A stretch of 63,987 nt of DNA, the filler included, from Octopus bimaculoides (lineage: Eukaryota), in assembly GCF_001194135.2 (NCBI RefSeq). It is 5 parts of 3 records of this genome, joined end to end, with 100 filler letters (N's around TTAATTAATTAA, not from the genome) between each part and the next. Parts side by side here need not be neighbours in the genome. Positions count along the whole stretch, not along the records: positions 1 to 25,669 come from NC_068994.1; 4 more parts are not named here. One strand, given 5' to 3'. Positions 13,086-25,769 of the stretch are shown here, in pieces. The notes beneath the pieces are model-generated. The model worked only from the letters and a program-made list of their open reading frames with translations, searched no databases and had not been told where the DNA came from. The first letter of the stretch is position 1; the number at the start of each line of letters is the position of its first letter. The position numbers were made by a program, and so were the translations under genes.

Positions 13086-13611
13086 ATGGCACAGGCACGG
13101 TTGTGTGGTTAAGAATGGTTTTGATTCCATAGCACAGTACCTTGAGCAAGTGTCATCAACCAAAGCCTAGTGAGGAAAATTCAGTGAACGAAAATTTATG
13201 GAATCCCAGTGAAAGTACCTTCCTGTTTTTGGGTGATATGACCATATGGTCCGTGGGTACCTTTAGATGAGTAAATAGCTGAATTTGGGCCAGGTTACAG
13301 ATCTATGGATAACTACCTTTTACTAAGCCTTAGAGACCTTAAAGAGTCATAAGTATTGCCATTTCTCTTTGGACTAAGCAATAAAAAAATTATTTTCAAA
13401 AAGCTAAGGTATGATGAAATACTTTTGCTTTGATCAGCTGGTGACACTTTACAAACGCAAGTGCAATCTATCCTGGAGCAATAATCCTATATTTATGGGG
13501 TAATGCTGCTGCTTATTGACATAATCATCCAAGACAACTTCCTCAAAAAAGTTATTCGATGATTGGCAAAGATTCACTTACCCAACAATCTGTTGCTTTT
13601 TGTTTTCTTAC

Positions 13612-13710
13612 CCTTTTCCCCCAATTACAGCCATGTTTAGCCATTTTCATAGATTTGTAACCTTTTGTCAAAGCAAAGCTTAATGCTATTAAGGACAGGA
13701 ACTTCATAGA
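13612..13710 (-). CDS. Candidate 99-nt phase 0-0 exon
   Basis: Acceptor CTTATCCTGCAG, donor AGG/GTAAGA, open frame SMKFLSLIALSFALTKGYKSMKMAKHGCNWGKR. Confidence 0.4.
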
Positions 13711-14228
13711 CTGCAGGATAAGATGCCTTGTAAGTGGCTGGGTCACTGTTGTTTTAGTCCTGTTGAAGTTGACTTTATCTCTCAATTTTTCTACAGTCGG
13801 ATAATACAGTAATATGTAATATATCAATATGAGAACTGAGAAATCAGTATTTAATGTTACAGTAAAAGTTATATTAGCAATTTTGTTTCAAATTGGTAAA
13901 TACTTGACTCTGTAAATTATAAACTTGGGTTTTATAACCTAAAATAATTTCCTACATACCCCAAAATTTCTTTTCTTATACTAGTAGTTTTAAACCAAAA
14001 TAAGATGGAATGACATATAATTGCACAGTGTTTCATTCTCATTTCCCCCTCCACATTTTACATTATTTCCCTACAGCTATAGTTTTCAGATATGAATTAA
14101 TTAAACTGAAAAGTAATTTTATATGCATTATACAATGCTGAGTTGAAGAAAATATACTTTTTAATCTTCATTAATAAGTTTTACCCAACATTAAATATAC
14201 TTGTACCATAAGGGCTAGTTCGACTAAC

Positions 14229-14326
14229 CTGCAAGAACATTGTGTTAATCAGAGATGAAGGGTGATGAGGATTAAAAGTATCATCAAAACCTACACTTTT
14301 ATGACAAATTTTTCTGCTAAATATCA
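14229..14326 (-). CDS. Candidate exon (alternative acceptors give starts at 14326 or 14316; in-frame ATG at 14399)
   Basis: Polypyrimidine tract TTCCTGTTCCTTTTTCTCT; donor CAG/GTTAGT; frame RKICHKSVGFDDTFNPHHPSSLINTMFLQ joins the 13612-13710 exon in phase 0. Confidence 0.4.
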
Positions 14327-14399
14327 CTTGCATTAGAGAAAAAGGAACAGGAATTCCAATATTTCTTACATGAATTTGGTCACGATTTTCGTGAACCAT

Positions 14400-16500
14400 A
14401 TTTCAAATGAGTAATGAATTTGGCAATATACAGACAAGTTTTTTTTAATTATTCAACTATACTTTTATTTTGAGTAAATTCGTGCTGATTATAACTACAG
14501 TCGATTGAAGTTAAAAAAAAAAAGATTTAATTTATCCAGAAACTGTTCATTATTCCTTAACACACGAAATTTTTCTTGCAGCATTAAACTTAATTCATTA
14601 AACTTATTCCAAGCAGCTGTTTTCGCTTAAACGTTCGCAATAAAATAACAACAACACACACATATATATGTAAAACTAAGTATTGAAGTATTTTTAACAT
14701 TTGAAATTAAGGGACTGAAAAACAAACAAAACAAAAGAGGCGCAAAATATTGTTTATTTAAACAGCATAACGATTACCTGAGAACTTTATTTGTAATTGC
14801 AAACTAAACATTAAAAAAGAATAAAATAATATGTAATCATCAGAAGCGTAAGCACGTTCAGGAATTATAAATTCCTAATAAGATTTATGAACAAGTTGTG
14901 GAGCAAATAATTTTTTTTATCTCTCCTTTGTGTCTCATTTTGCAATTTTATAACAACAACCGGTGACACCGGTGTTAGTTATCACTCATATTTTTTACTG
15001 GTTAATTTCTCGTCTATATTTATATCGATAACGTATTTATATATATTCATTTTTAGTATTTTGTTAAGCTGAAATAGAAAAAGTAAAATAGTTCCATCAA
15101 AATGTTATGAAAATACTTCATGTTAAGTTGTAATTAAGCAATTAAATTAAATACAATGATTGTTTGAGTTACCTGCCCCTTGTTGATGTCTCCACGAAAC
15201 TGGTGTCTTAGATCTTAGAATTACTGCTTCTATATTGTCATTTACCTTAATAAGGTAAGTAATTTTTACAATCGAAATAAATAATTTTGAAATATTTAAT
15301 AAAATATACTGATAGAAACAAAAATATAACTTACATGAATAATTCCTGCACACTAAAACAGATGACATTTGTTTACTGGGTGGTTCATAATTCGTGTTAT
15401 TCCTGTTCTATTAAGATGTTTCAGTCGACTATATCAAGCAAATTGGTTCATTAAATTATTTTTCAAGTATTTTTTGTGCAAAATAGTTTAAGAAACATCC
15501 GTTTACGCTATTATTATATTTATGAATTCTGGTATTCGTGATTGTTTGTTAATCAGTATATTAGAAGTCTATCTTTATATCGATGATTTTTACCTATAAC
15601 CTATTAAATATTTGCCAATAGAAACTGACGGTGTGTTTGTTCACTAATGATGTTTATCTCATTGAAAACCCGATTTCTAGGATTGTAAATGCTATCAGTT
15701 CATTGAAAGCTGTTGTCTTTTTATTTTCAGAATTGATTTATTTTATATTTGTTTTTTTTTTACTTTCGGTAAATTAAGAAAAAAAATTTACTATTCCTAT
15801 TTTTGCTCAATTTGCATAGACCTTTTACACTTATCAATAAACATTTAATTCACTAAGTCAAAATGTATTTATTGTTTACCTATTTTCCAAGGTAATTTTC
15901 ATTTGTTGTAATCACGCCATGCATATACATACACCACGCATGCACATACACAGATATCCGTGAAAGATGAAGAAACATTAATTAAAATTACAATTTTGTC
16001 AATTAAACTTTTCGTCTGTTCATGCATGATTTTATATAAAACTTTTTCACGATTTTTGATGGTTGTGAAATTTGTTTTAAATCATCAATTTTCAATCGTT
16101 ACCAGCTTATTACTGTTGTCAAAATAAAAGTCAATAAGTAATTCTTTCTTCGCTGCTGAAATAATTAGGTAATGGTGAGACTGCACGAGTCTTTTTTTTT
16201 TTTTTTGCCAGACCATATGGGAATACAAACGATATGAAAAGTGCATTACTCTTTTCCAACTCCTCTCTTTTTGTTGTTAAGTAACTTGTACCTAGAATAT
16301 GTGTGCAATACGCTTACATTTGTATACACTTATAAATCATTCTTTATAGTTTATTATATTATTATTAAATATATTACAAATTAGAACACACTATAGAAAA
16401 CGCATTTGTATTAAATTATATATTAGGATAACAACGTAGTCACGGAACTACAATAAAATTACGTTTTGATTCATTTAAAAACTAAGATACTTTAAATAAA
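14400..16500. promoter_or_regulatory. CpG-retaining region, putative bidirectional promoter / 5' exons
   Basis: CG dinucleotides visibly more frequent than in flanks (judged by eye); donors on both strands (minus CAG/GTAACT, exon end 15173; plus AAG/GTAAGT, exon end 15254). Confidence 0.45.
14778..14803 (-). other. Candidate 26-nt micro-exon
   Basis: TTTTATTCTTTTTTAATGTTTAG acceptor and CAG/GTAATC donor; reads FAITNKVL(S) in frame with the 14316 acceptor. Confidence 0.3.
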
Positions 16501-16969
16501 AATAACAGTAGTAACGTAGTGAGTATAGATTTGTCAATGTGTAGTAGCTAACAGGTGAAAGCAGTTTATTGATCTAAAAGTAATGAGTTCAGCTCATGCT
16601 TCAAGTATTTCAATGTGTTCTAAAGAATTTGGTAAGAAATCTTAAGAAAACACAGTTACGAAACATTCTTTTAGTGTCTTATCTAGGAATAATTCCTGTA
16701 AATGTCCAGATATACAGAATATCTTGTCTTTATTAGCTCGATTAGATGTCACTAGATGAAAGCAAATTAAATATTAGCAGAATTGACTAATATTGCAAAA
16801 TTGACAATATTCTGGGCATTTTTATCGTTGCTCCACGAGAATTGCTATATTTATAGCCACTCCCGACTTGTAGCAATGGGTTTCTTGAAGTAATTTTTGA
16901 GATATGTAGGGGCAAAAAGGGAGTTCTTGGGAAATGTTTTTATAAAGAAGATCTGTGTGTAATGTTTGT

Positions 16970-17560
16970 AAGTCATCATCATTATTGTCCCTGTTTTTCC
17001 ATGCCTGCATGTGTTGTATGGATCCTCTCCTGTTTAGCAGTTCTCCATAGTCCCTTGTCATTTCCCTTGTGAAGCTCACACTCCTGAGATCAGCTGTCAC
17101 AATCTCTTCCCATCCTTCTTTGGTCTTGATCTTTTTACTGGCTCTTTCCTCTTGGATTGCTTGGTACTTCTTTACCTAAATGTCATCCACTATATACATC
17201 ACATCTCTGCACCAGCTAGTTTTCTGTTTTTCATATTGTCTCTTATACTCAGTTTTTCTTTCAGATGCTTTCTGAGAAGCAATTTCTACTGATGATTAGG
17301 TTAACTAGATAAGAAAAGCTTTGGAGTCTACTTGGCATTTGAAAGAATATGTTTCAAATGTGCTCTTAACTGTCATGAATAAAGTCTTCCCTCTCTGTCA
17401 ACTTGCTTGTGATTCAACTGCACCTTGTACACCCATAGTTTACATTGGATAGACTAAATGGAATTTCTATCTACTTCTTTTCTGCATAACTTGCATGGTT
17501 ACTTCTCAGATGGCAGTAGCTTTCAGTATTCTTTTCTGTAGCTGAAGAGGTTGATCAGAA
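16970..17560 (-). mobile_element. Old RTE LINE 3' fragment
   Basis: WEEIVTADLRSVSFTREMTRD resembles the RTE C-terminus; followed by RTE-type 3' end and (ATG)n tail. Confidence 0.65.
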
Positions 17561-19419
17561 TGGTTTCTCATGCTGTGTGTTATCAGTCTGCATATTTGAA
17601 AGTAGTTGTCACATCTACTTAAATCAATTGTTAGTGTTAAGAATATGTAACACTTAATAATATTTGTTCCTACAATTCATAAGTAACTATTTAAATTTAC
17701 TGAATTATTATCTTTGAATAAGAATTTCTAAAGACAGTGTGGGTGATTACAACATGACTTCTGATTTTTGTTTATCTGTTAGAGAGAGAAAGAGAAAAAG
17801 AGAAGCAGTGTTTATGATGGTTTTGACAGGAGCTGGTTAGTTGGAGAGCTTTCCAGACTGTGATTGTCTGTTGTGGCATAGTTTCTACAGCTGGACGCCC
17901 TTCCTAACAGAGTGTGCCGGGTGCTTTTTACATGCCACTGGCACAAGTGCATTTTATATGGTCCCAACACTTATAAAGGACAAGCCTGTATGGAGGGATG
18001 ACAGTGATTTTACTTTGCTTAAGTTTTAATTAAAATTTTATTGCAAGTTTTATTTACTTGTTACTTGTGCTTCTTTCTGAAGTAACGTGCCCCACCTTGA
18101 GAAACACTACTTTTGAGATAAATGATTTGATAAAGTACTTAGTATGTGGTTTTAGGGTGTGGTTAAGATAATAGAAATGACAGAAGGAGCGGTGCATTTG
18201 GTGGGCTGTAAGTTTGGTTTGAAGTGTCTAAGTTGCATGAAGAATAAAGGGTTGTATATGAGTGTGTGGGGTTAAAATAACAAGTAAGTTATTAATGTAC
18301 TGGAGGAAGAGGGTTGGAGCCATAACTGAACTATTAGAATTAGTAGAATGTGAGTTGGAGAGAGCTCCATGACCATATAGTGCAATAGTGCAGTCTGTCA
18401 AGAAAGTTCTGATCTATGAAAGACATGGATAGAGACCACAGGGAGGCTACTTTTCTTGCTAGACAAAACTAAAGGCTTTGCTGATATTGCTTTTAGTGAA
18501 ACTTTTAAAGGCAAGAAAACACTGAGGAATGGTAGGGGTGCAAGCCACTAGTAAATCTGGCTTTACAGAAAGTGTACTGCTTACCACTGAAAAGAAAATG
18601 AGATTCATAGTGCTGAAGGAGTTGTTTTATGACTGATTTTATCATTGTGATATGTTGGAAGAGAGGGCAGCTAATTAGTTGTAGGCAAAGTCATAATTAT
18701 TTAATTTCATGGGAATGATACACACTTCAGATATTTCATTAGAATTGGACAAATCCATGTAGGGGAAGAAAGATTGAAAATTGACAAGTCAAGAAGGTAG
18801 CTCTGGGAATGTATTTTGAGTGAAGTGAAAGCTAAACCAAATCAGTTGTGTTCATTTTGTTGAGGTTAAACATAACCCTATGTAAGTTCATCTTCCGTAT
18901 GGAAGGTATTTAGTTGTGTATCTCTTCAAATAATTGCTTTTGAATCAATTTAATTCTTGGAATGCAATTCGGTATTCCAATCTGAGTATGCACTGTGAGT
19001 GTAGTGGAAATTAATAAGAAATTTATAAATATATACTAACTTATTTATGGGGAATGGTAACTGACACATTATTTATCATTTTCTATTAATATTATTACCA
19101 TCACCATCATCCCCATTGTTTAATATTCTCTTTTCTATGCCTGCATGAGTTAGGTGGAATTTGTTGAGATGGATTTTCTATGACTGGATGCATTTCCTGT
19201 CACCAACCCTCACCAGTTTCCAAGTTAGGTAATTTTTTCCCCCCCACAGCCATGGAAGATTGGAAATGAAGGGCACAACTTGTATGTTGGTAACACATGT
19301 TTATAATAATCATGTGATGTCAAGGTAGGGAGACACCAACTCTCTCTCTCTATCTCTCTCTCTCACACACACACACACCATGGCAACCTGGACGAGAATC
19401 TTCTACTATATATGTCAAG

Positions 19420-19575
19420 CTTCTTCCACATTTCATCTTCAAAATCCTCTTACAAGGCTTTGGTCAGCTCAGTGCCATAGTAGAAGACACTTGCCTAAGG
19501 TACCATGCAATGGGACTGAACTCAGAACCAAGTGGTTGGGAAGAAAGCATCTTAAACCACACAGTCATTCCTGTG
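19420..19575 (-). mobile_element. Family A SINE, 5' half
   Basis: Reverse complement of the head at 261 and 63695. Confidence 0.75.
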
Positions 19576-19951
19576 TCTATATAATATATATAAATTTATA
19601 ATTCTTCATTAGGAAATGTTTTTATCTTTATTATGTAAAATAAGGCTTTTATCTGCAATGAGTTTCTAATACAATTCATAATTGAAACACAAAGCTTTTT
19701 CTTGCATAACATCATTTTTTTTTAGCAGAAGAATTATGTCTTTGAAGTTTTTATTTTATCAGTATCAATGTACTAAACTGTAGTTTCTTATTTTGCTTTT
19801 AATGAATGACACTTTATTTTACCTGCCTCAGTAAAACTTTCTGGAATCCCAATTTCTTTAGGAGCTTATGTAGTATCCAGATTTATATTTATATGGCAAA
19901 ACCTGCTCAGCTGCTGAAATTTTAAAAAGTAAATTTTTGTTAATTTTCTAG

Positions 19952-20040
19952 GATGTGGCAATGACTTTAGATGACGAGCAATATTTACGTTTGTGATTAA
20001 TTCCTAAAGATTACCACAACTGAAGTCATGCTAATTGGAT
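19952..20040 (+). other. Candidate plus-strand exon (terminal-coding or 5'UTR)
   Basis: Acceptor TTTTGTTAATTTTCTAG, donor GAT/GTGAGT; frame 0 reads DVAMTLDDEQYLRL*; an ATG at 20028 gives MLIG with a phase-1 exit. Confidence 0.4.
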
Positions 20041-20397
20041 GTGAGTTTTTACATTGTTTCTTCTTTTCCTTCATTTTGCTTGTTATGCATTTGCTTTTAC
20101 TGAATGTTATTAGACACTATTCAAAATACAATTAGTGAACCAAATTAATTCAAGAGCTTTTTCCACCATCATCATAATCAATATCATTGTCATCAGAATG
20201 ATCATCATATGTCTGCTTTCCATACTGGCATTGGTTGGACAGTTCAACAGGATCCAACAGTCTGGAGGGCCATATTATGTTCCAGTGTCATGATTTTGGC
20301 ATGGCTTCTATTGCTAGATTCCCTTCTTAATGCCAACCACTTTACAGAGTGTAGTGAGTGCTTTTTTCATTGCACCTGCACTAGTGAGGTTGCCATC

Positions 20398-21837
20398 ATC
20401 ATCATCATCATCATCATCGTTTAACGTCCGCTTTCCATGCTAGCATGGGTTGGACGATTTGACTGAGGACTGGTGAAACCGGATGGCAACACCAGGCTCC
20501 AGTCTGACTTGGCAGAGTTTCTACAGCTGGATGCCCTTCCTAACGCCAACCACTCAGAGAGTGTAGTGGGTGCTTTTACGTGTCACCCGCACGAAAACGG
20601 CCACGCTCGAAATGGTGTCTTTTATGTGCCNNNNNNNNNNNNNNNNNNNNNNNNNNNNNNNNNNNNNNNNNNNNNNNNNNNNNNNNNNNNNNNNNNNNNN
20701 NNNNNNNNNNNNNNNNNNNNNNNNNNNNNNNNNNNNNNNNNNNNNNNNNNNNNNNNNNNNNNNNNNNNNNNNNNNNNNNNNNNNNNNNNNNNNNNNNNNN
20801 NNNNNNNNNNNNNNNNNNNNNNNNNNNNNNNNNNNNNNNNNNNNNNNNNNNNNNNNNNNNNNNNNNNNNNNNNNNNNNNNNNNNNNNNNNNNNNNNNNNN
20901 NNNNNNNNNNNNNNNNNNNNNNNNNNNNNNNNNNNNNNNNNNNNNNNNNNNNNNNNNNNNNNNNNNNNNNNNNNNNNNNNNNNNNNNNNNNNNNNNNNNN
21001 NNNNNNNNNNNNNNNNNNNNNNNNNNNNNNNNNNNNNNNNNNNNNNNNNNNNNNNNNNNNNNNNNNNNNNNNNNNNNNNNNNNNNNNNNNNNNNNNNNNN
21101 NNNNNNNNNNNNNNNNNNNNNNNNNNNNNNNNNNNNNNNNNNNNNNNNNNNNNNNNNNNNNNNNNNNNNNNNNNNNNNNNNNNNNNNNNNNNNNNNNNNN
21201 NNNNNNNNNNNNNNNNNNNNNNNNNNNNNNNNNNNNNNNNNNNNNNNNNNNNNNNNNNNNNNNNNNNNNNNNNNNNNNNNNNNNNNNNNNNNNNNNNNNN
21301 NNNNNNNNNNNNNNNNNNNNNNNNNNNNNNNNNNNNNNNNNNNNNNNNNNNNNNNNNNNNNNNNNNNNNNNNNNNNNNNNNNCGTACGCATGCGTCATAC
21401 AGTCTGCCTTTTACTCTGAGTGAGAGTCCCTTTGTCGCCAGCAGGGGTAAGAGCTCTCTAAACTTTGCCCAGGCTATTCTTATTCTAGCAGCTACACTTT
21501 CAGCGCACCCACCCCCACTACTAACTTGGTCGCCCAGATAGCGGAAGCTATCGACTACCTCTAGTTTTTCACCCTGGAATGAGATAGAAGTTGTTTCCTG
21601 TTTGTTTGCAGTCTTTATTGCACCTGAACATCTGCCACAAACAAAAACTAACTTGCTAGTTAACCTGCCTTTGATGTTGCTGCACCTCTTATGTGTCCAT
21701 AGCTTGCACCGGGTACATCTTATAGAGTTACTACCTACTCCTTTTCTACATACTGAGCAGGGCCATCTTGATGTACCTCCTTTACAACAAGACCCCTGTT
21801 TCTGTCTCTCTGTCATGCTCTAACCTTTCATCATCTG
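20398..21837 (-). mobile_element. Relatively young, 5'-truncated RTE-clade LINE (middle in N gap)
   Basis: Uninterrupted frame WPCSVCRKGVGSNSIRCTRCKLWTHKRC..LEVVDSFRYLGDQVSSGGG..RIRIAWAKFRELLPLL..KGRLYDACV; (CAT)n tail at 20398. Confidence 0.9.
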
Positions 21838-22082
21838 ACAGAAGATCACCTCTTCCAATGCCTCCTCCCCTCTCAAAGGTTCTTTGTTTTGCAAGGTACT
21901 TGTTGAGTCTGCCAGTGCTGGTGCCACATAAAAAGTATCCAGTCCACAGTGGTTGGTGTTTGGAAGAGCATCCAGCTGTAGAAACCATGCCAAAACTGAC
22001 CTCATCTGTGCTTCACTCTGTGGGGAGGTTGGTGTTAGGAAGGGCATCCATGGAAGGTGAATGTGAAATGATGATGATGACT
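21838..22082 (+). mobile_element. RTE-type 3' end / RTE-tailed SINE fragment
   Basis: GCATCCAGCTGTAGAAACCATGCC..GGTGTTAGGAAGGGCATCC followed by (ATG)n. Confidence 0.65.
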
Positions 22083-22199
22083 GAGTCTGAATATAGCAGA
22101 GAGGGAGGTGGCCTATTTTTTGGATTAAAATTTTTTTTGACTTTTAGTTTTATATTTAGTGATGAAATGGTTTTCATATTTACCATCTACAAGGCATTG

Positions 22200-22410
22200 A
22201 TCTAGCAGAATTGTTAGCACATCAGACAAAAATGCTTAATGGCATTTCTTTTGTTTTTACACTCTGAGCTCGAATTCTGCTGAGATCGACTTTGATTTTT
22301 CATCCTTTTTGGGTTGATAAAATAAGTACCAGTTGATCACTGGGGTTGATGTAATCAATTAATTCCCCATCCTCCAAACTTGCTGGTTTTGTGTCAAAAT
22401 TTGAAACCAA
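22200..22410 (+). mobile_element. tRNA-derived SINE, family B
   Basis: GCAGAATTGTTAGCAC..AATGCTTA..GATAAAATAAGTACCAGTTGATCACTGGGGT..AAAATTTGAAACC. Confidence 0.8.
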
Positions 22411-22703
22411 TATTTACCATCTACATTGTTTTGATTTGTTTGATGCCTGATTGACTTCACATGTCTTATTTCTAGACTTGTACAAAGTAATGCATTTCTA
22501 AGTAACCCAGGAGATGATGGGTTCATTACTCTTAAATTAGAAACAAAGGTTTATTGGTTTCAGTAATTGGGCATCATCTTAAATGCTATTTGTTGTTCAT
22601 ATCAAAACCCCATAAAAATATGCATATTTCATGCTGGTGCATCAGCGTGCCAGTGTGGGCATTGTATACATGAACCATTGGAATCTCATTCTGGATGAGC
22701 AGT

Positions 22704-22880
22704 TTTCAATGCAATGTCTGTCAAAAAATCTGCAAGTCACCTGGAAGAATGAAGTGACACTTAAAAATTCATAATAGATGAGTGGAAAATGTAGCTACTG
22801 GTGAAATGAGATATTACTGCAGTATATGTGATCAGCTCTTCAAACACCTTTCAGGGCTCAAAAGTGATTTGTGATCTAAC
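22704..22880 (+). pseudogene. Two decayed C2H2 zinc fingers (probably a LINE C-terminus)
   Basis: FQCNVCQKICKSPGRMK*HLKIH and YYCSICDQLFKHLSGLKSDL*S; in-frame TGA stops consistent with CGA decay. Confidence 0.7.
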
Positions 22881-22961
22881 GCTGGGACAAGAAAAGGTCA
22901 AACTCTACAAGGAGCAAATAGACACCATACATATGTACGTACGTATATACATACATACATA

Positions 22962-23033
<72 letters not shown>

Positions 23034-23083
23034 TATACATATATATACTCACACATATACATATACATACATGTATACATACA

Positions 23084-25649
23084 TCATCATCATCATCGTT
23101 TAACGTCCATTTTCTATGCTGGCATGGGTGTAGTAGTGGGTGCTTTTTATGTGCCACCAGCACGGGAGCCAGTCAGGCAGCACTGGCATCGACTATGTTT
23201 GGATGGTGCTATTTATGTGCCACTGGCACAGGAGCCAGTCAGGGGACACTGGCATGAGGAGGCAGTCAGGCTGCATTGGCATCAACCCATGCATGAATAG
23301 TGCTTATTACGTGTCACCACCTCAAGTGCCAGTAAGGCAGCAGTGGCATCGGCCACAACTACAATTTCCATTTTGATTTCGATTTTACTTGACTTAATAG
23401 GTCTACTCAAGTGCAGCGTATCGCCCAATGATTCAAGAGTACTTTTAATGGGCTGGTTATGCTACACTGGTATCAGCCATGGCTGAGATCTTGCTTTACC
23501 TGCCGTGTCATTGGCGACGATTCTATTTCACTTGACTCGACAGGTCTTCTCAAGCACAGCGTATCACTGACGATTCAAGAGCACTTTTAAATGGGCTAGT
23601 TATGCGACACCGGTATCAGTCACGGCTGTGATAGCATTTTACTTGCTGGCTCTTCTCAATCACAGCATATCACCAAAGATTTCAATTTCTTGTCATTGCC
23701 TCTGTGAGACCCAACGTTCAAAGGTCATGCTTCACCACCTCATCCCATGTCTTCTTGGGTCTCCCTCTTCCACAGTTTCCCTCAACCACTAGGGTGTGAC
23801 ACTTATTCTCACAGCTCTCCTCATCCATACACAGCACATGACCATACCAGTGCAGTTGTCTCTCTTGCACACCACATCTGATGCTTCATTTCCAACATTT
23901 CTCTCAGGGCGCTTATACTCTGTTGGGTATGCACACTGACACTACGCATCCAGCAGATCATACTAGCTTCATTTCTTTCAAGCCTATGTATGTTCTCAAC
24001 AGTCATGGCCCATGTCCACTGCTGTGTAGCATGGCTGTTTGCACACATGCATCATATAGTCTACCTTTCACTCTGAGGGAGAGGCTTTTTGTTTCCAACA
24101 GAGGATGGAGCTCTCTGAACTTTGCTCAGGCTTTTCTTATTCTAGTGGCAACACTCTCAGAGCAATCACCCCCACTACAAACTTGGTCACCCAGGTAGCG
24201 GAAGCTATCAACTACTTTTAGTTTCTCCCCCTGGCACGTGATGGAATCTATTTTTTGTACATCTTTGGTGTTTATTGCCCCTGTGCATCTGCCACACACA
24301 AAACCTATCTGCCTGGTTAACCTTCCTTTGATATTGCTGCACTGCTTATGTGCCCATAGCTTACACTGGGTACATATTATGCAGTTTCTACCTACACCTT
24401 CTCTATAGATTGAGCAGGGCCATCTACCTGAAGAGATTTGTGATTTTCTGCCTTCCTATTTACTTGGACTTTGGTTTTTGCTATATTTACTCTAAAGCCC
24501 TTCGATTCTAGACCTTGCTTCCACATTTGAAATTTCATTTCTAGTTCTGGTAGTGACTCAGCTATTAGAACAGGGTCATCAGCATAGAGGAGCTCCCAGG
24601 GACAGCCTGTCTTGAATTTCTCTGTTATTGCTTGGAGGACTATGATGAATAAGAGGGGGCTGAGGACTGATCCTTGGTGAACCCTTACTTCTACCCAGAA
24701 TTCTTCACTATACTCATTGCCAACCCTCACCTTACTGACAGCATCCTTGTGCAGGGATTGTACAGCTTTTACCAACCACTCATCTATCCTTAGTTTTTGC
24801 ACTGACCACCACATAAAGGTCAGGGGGATCCTGTCAAAGGCCTTTTCCAAGTCAACAAAAACCAAGTACAGAGGTTTATCTTTAGCTAGGTATTTCTCCT
24901 ACAGTTGCCTTACCAGAAATATAGTATCAGTAGTGCTTCTACCTGGCACAAAACCAAACTGCATCTCATCTGAGCAATGACTCTCCATGACCCTCATCAC
25001 CTGATCCAGCAATTTGATACCCCTGTAGTTATTTCTATCTAAAGCATCACCTTTACTTTTGTAGCAGTTGACTATGGTGCTGCTACACCACTCATTAGGT
25101 ATGACTCCTTTGTGAACTATTTGATTTACAATATGGGTAACTAGACCATAACCCACACCACCAGATATTTTAAACATCTGAGGGGTGATTCCTGATTGGC
25201 TGGGGACTTTCCCTGTCTTCTTATCCTTAATTGCTTTATCTACCAGGATACTTTCGATTTGGGTAGCTGGTCCCACAATTGGGTCAACATTTGGCAGGCT
25301 CTCTTCCTCCCATTCATTCTCCACATTCAGCATCTCCAAGCCTCTTTCTTTGCACAAATGCACTGTCATCCATGCAGACACATTTCTCTCCTATGACATC
25401 ACAGTTTTCTCTCACATACTGTCTTGCAATCCGAAATACTTCAGTTCTTTGGTCCTCATGTTGCTGAACATTAGCAAACTTCTTCTTTTCTGCTTCTCCC
25501 TTGGCTAATATATACACCTAGCTTATATACACCTAGCTTATATATCTCCTAGCTTCCCTTCTGGCTATCTGATACAGTTCCCTGCTATCCCCATTCTTCC
25601 AGGTTTTCCAGGCCTGTTTCTTTGTTCTAATGGCCCTGTCTACAGTATT
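23084..25649 (-). mobile_element. Older RTE-clade LINE (RT region and 3' UTR); 5' part lost in gap
   Basis: NYRGIKLL, QFGFVPGRSTTDTIF, FVDLEKAFDR, VHQGSVLSPLLF, LLYADD, decayed PHD insert, (CAT)n tail; stops and frameshifts. Confidence 0.92.
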
Positions 25650-25769
25650 ATTCCACCATCACCTTACCCNNNNNNNNNNNNNNNNNNNNNNNNNNNNNNN
25701 NNNNNNNNNNNNNTTAATTAATTAANNNNNNNNNNNNNNNNNNNNNNNNNNNNNNNNNNNNNNNNNNNN

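Noticed and set aside
13631-13729. Plus-strand exon-like unit (good acceptor, GTAAGT donor)
   Set aside because: Stops in all three frames; the polypyrimidine tract is the complement of the minus-strand candidate exon end; could only be non-coding
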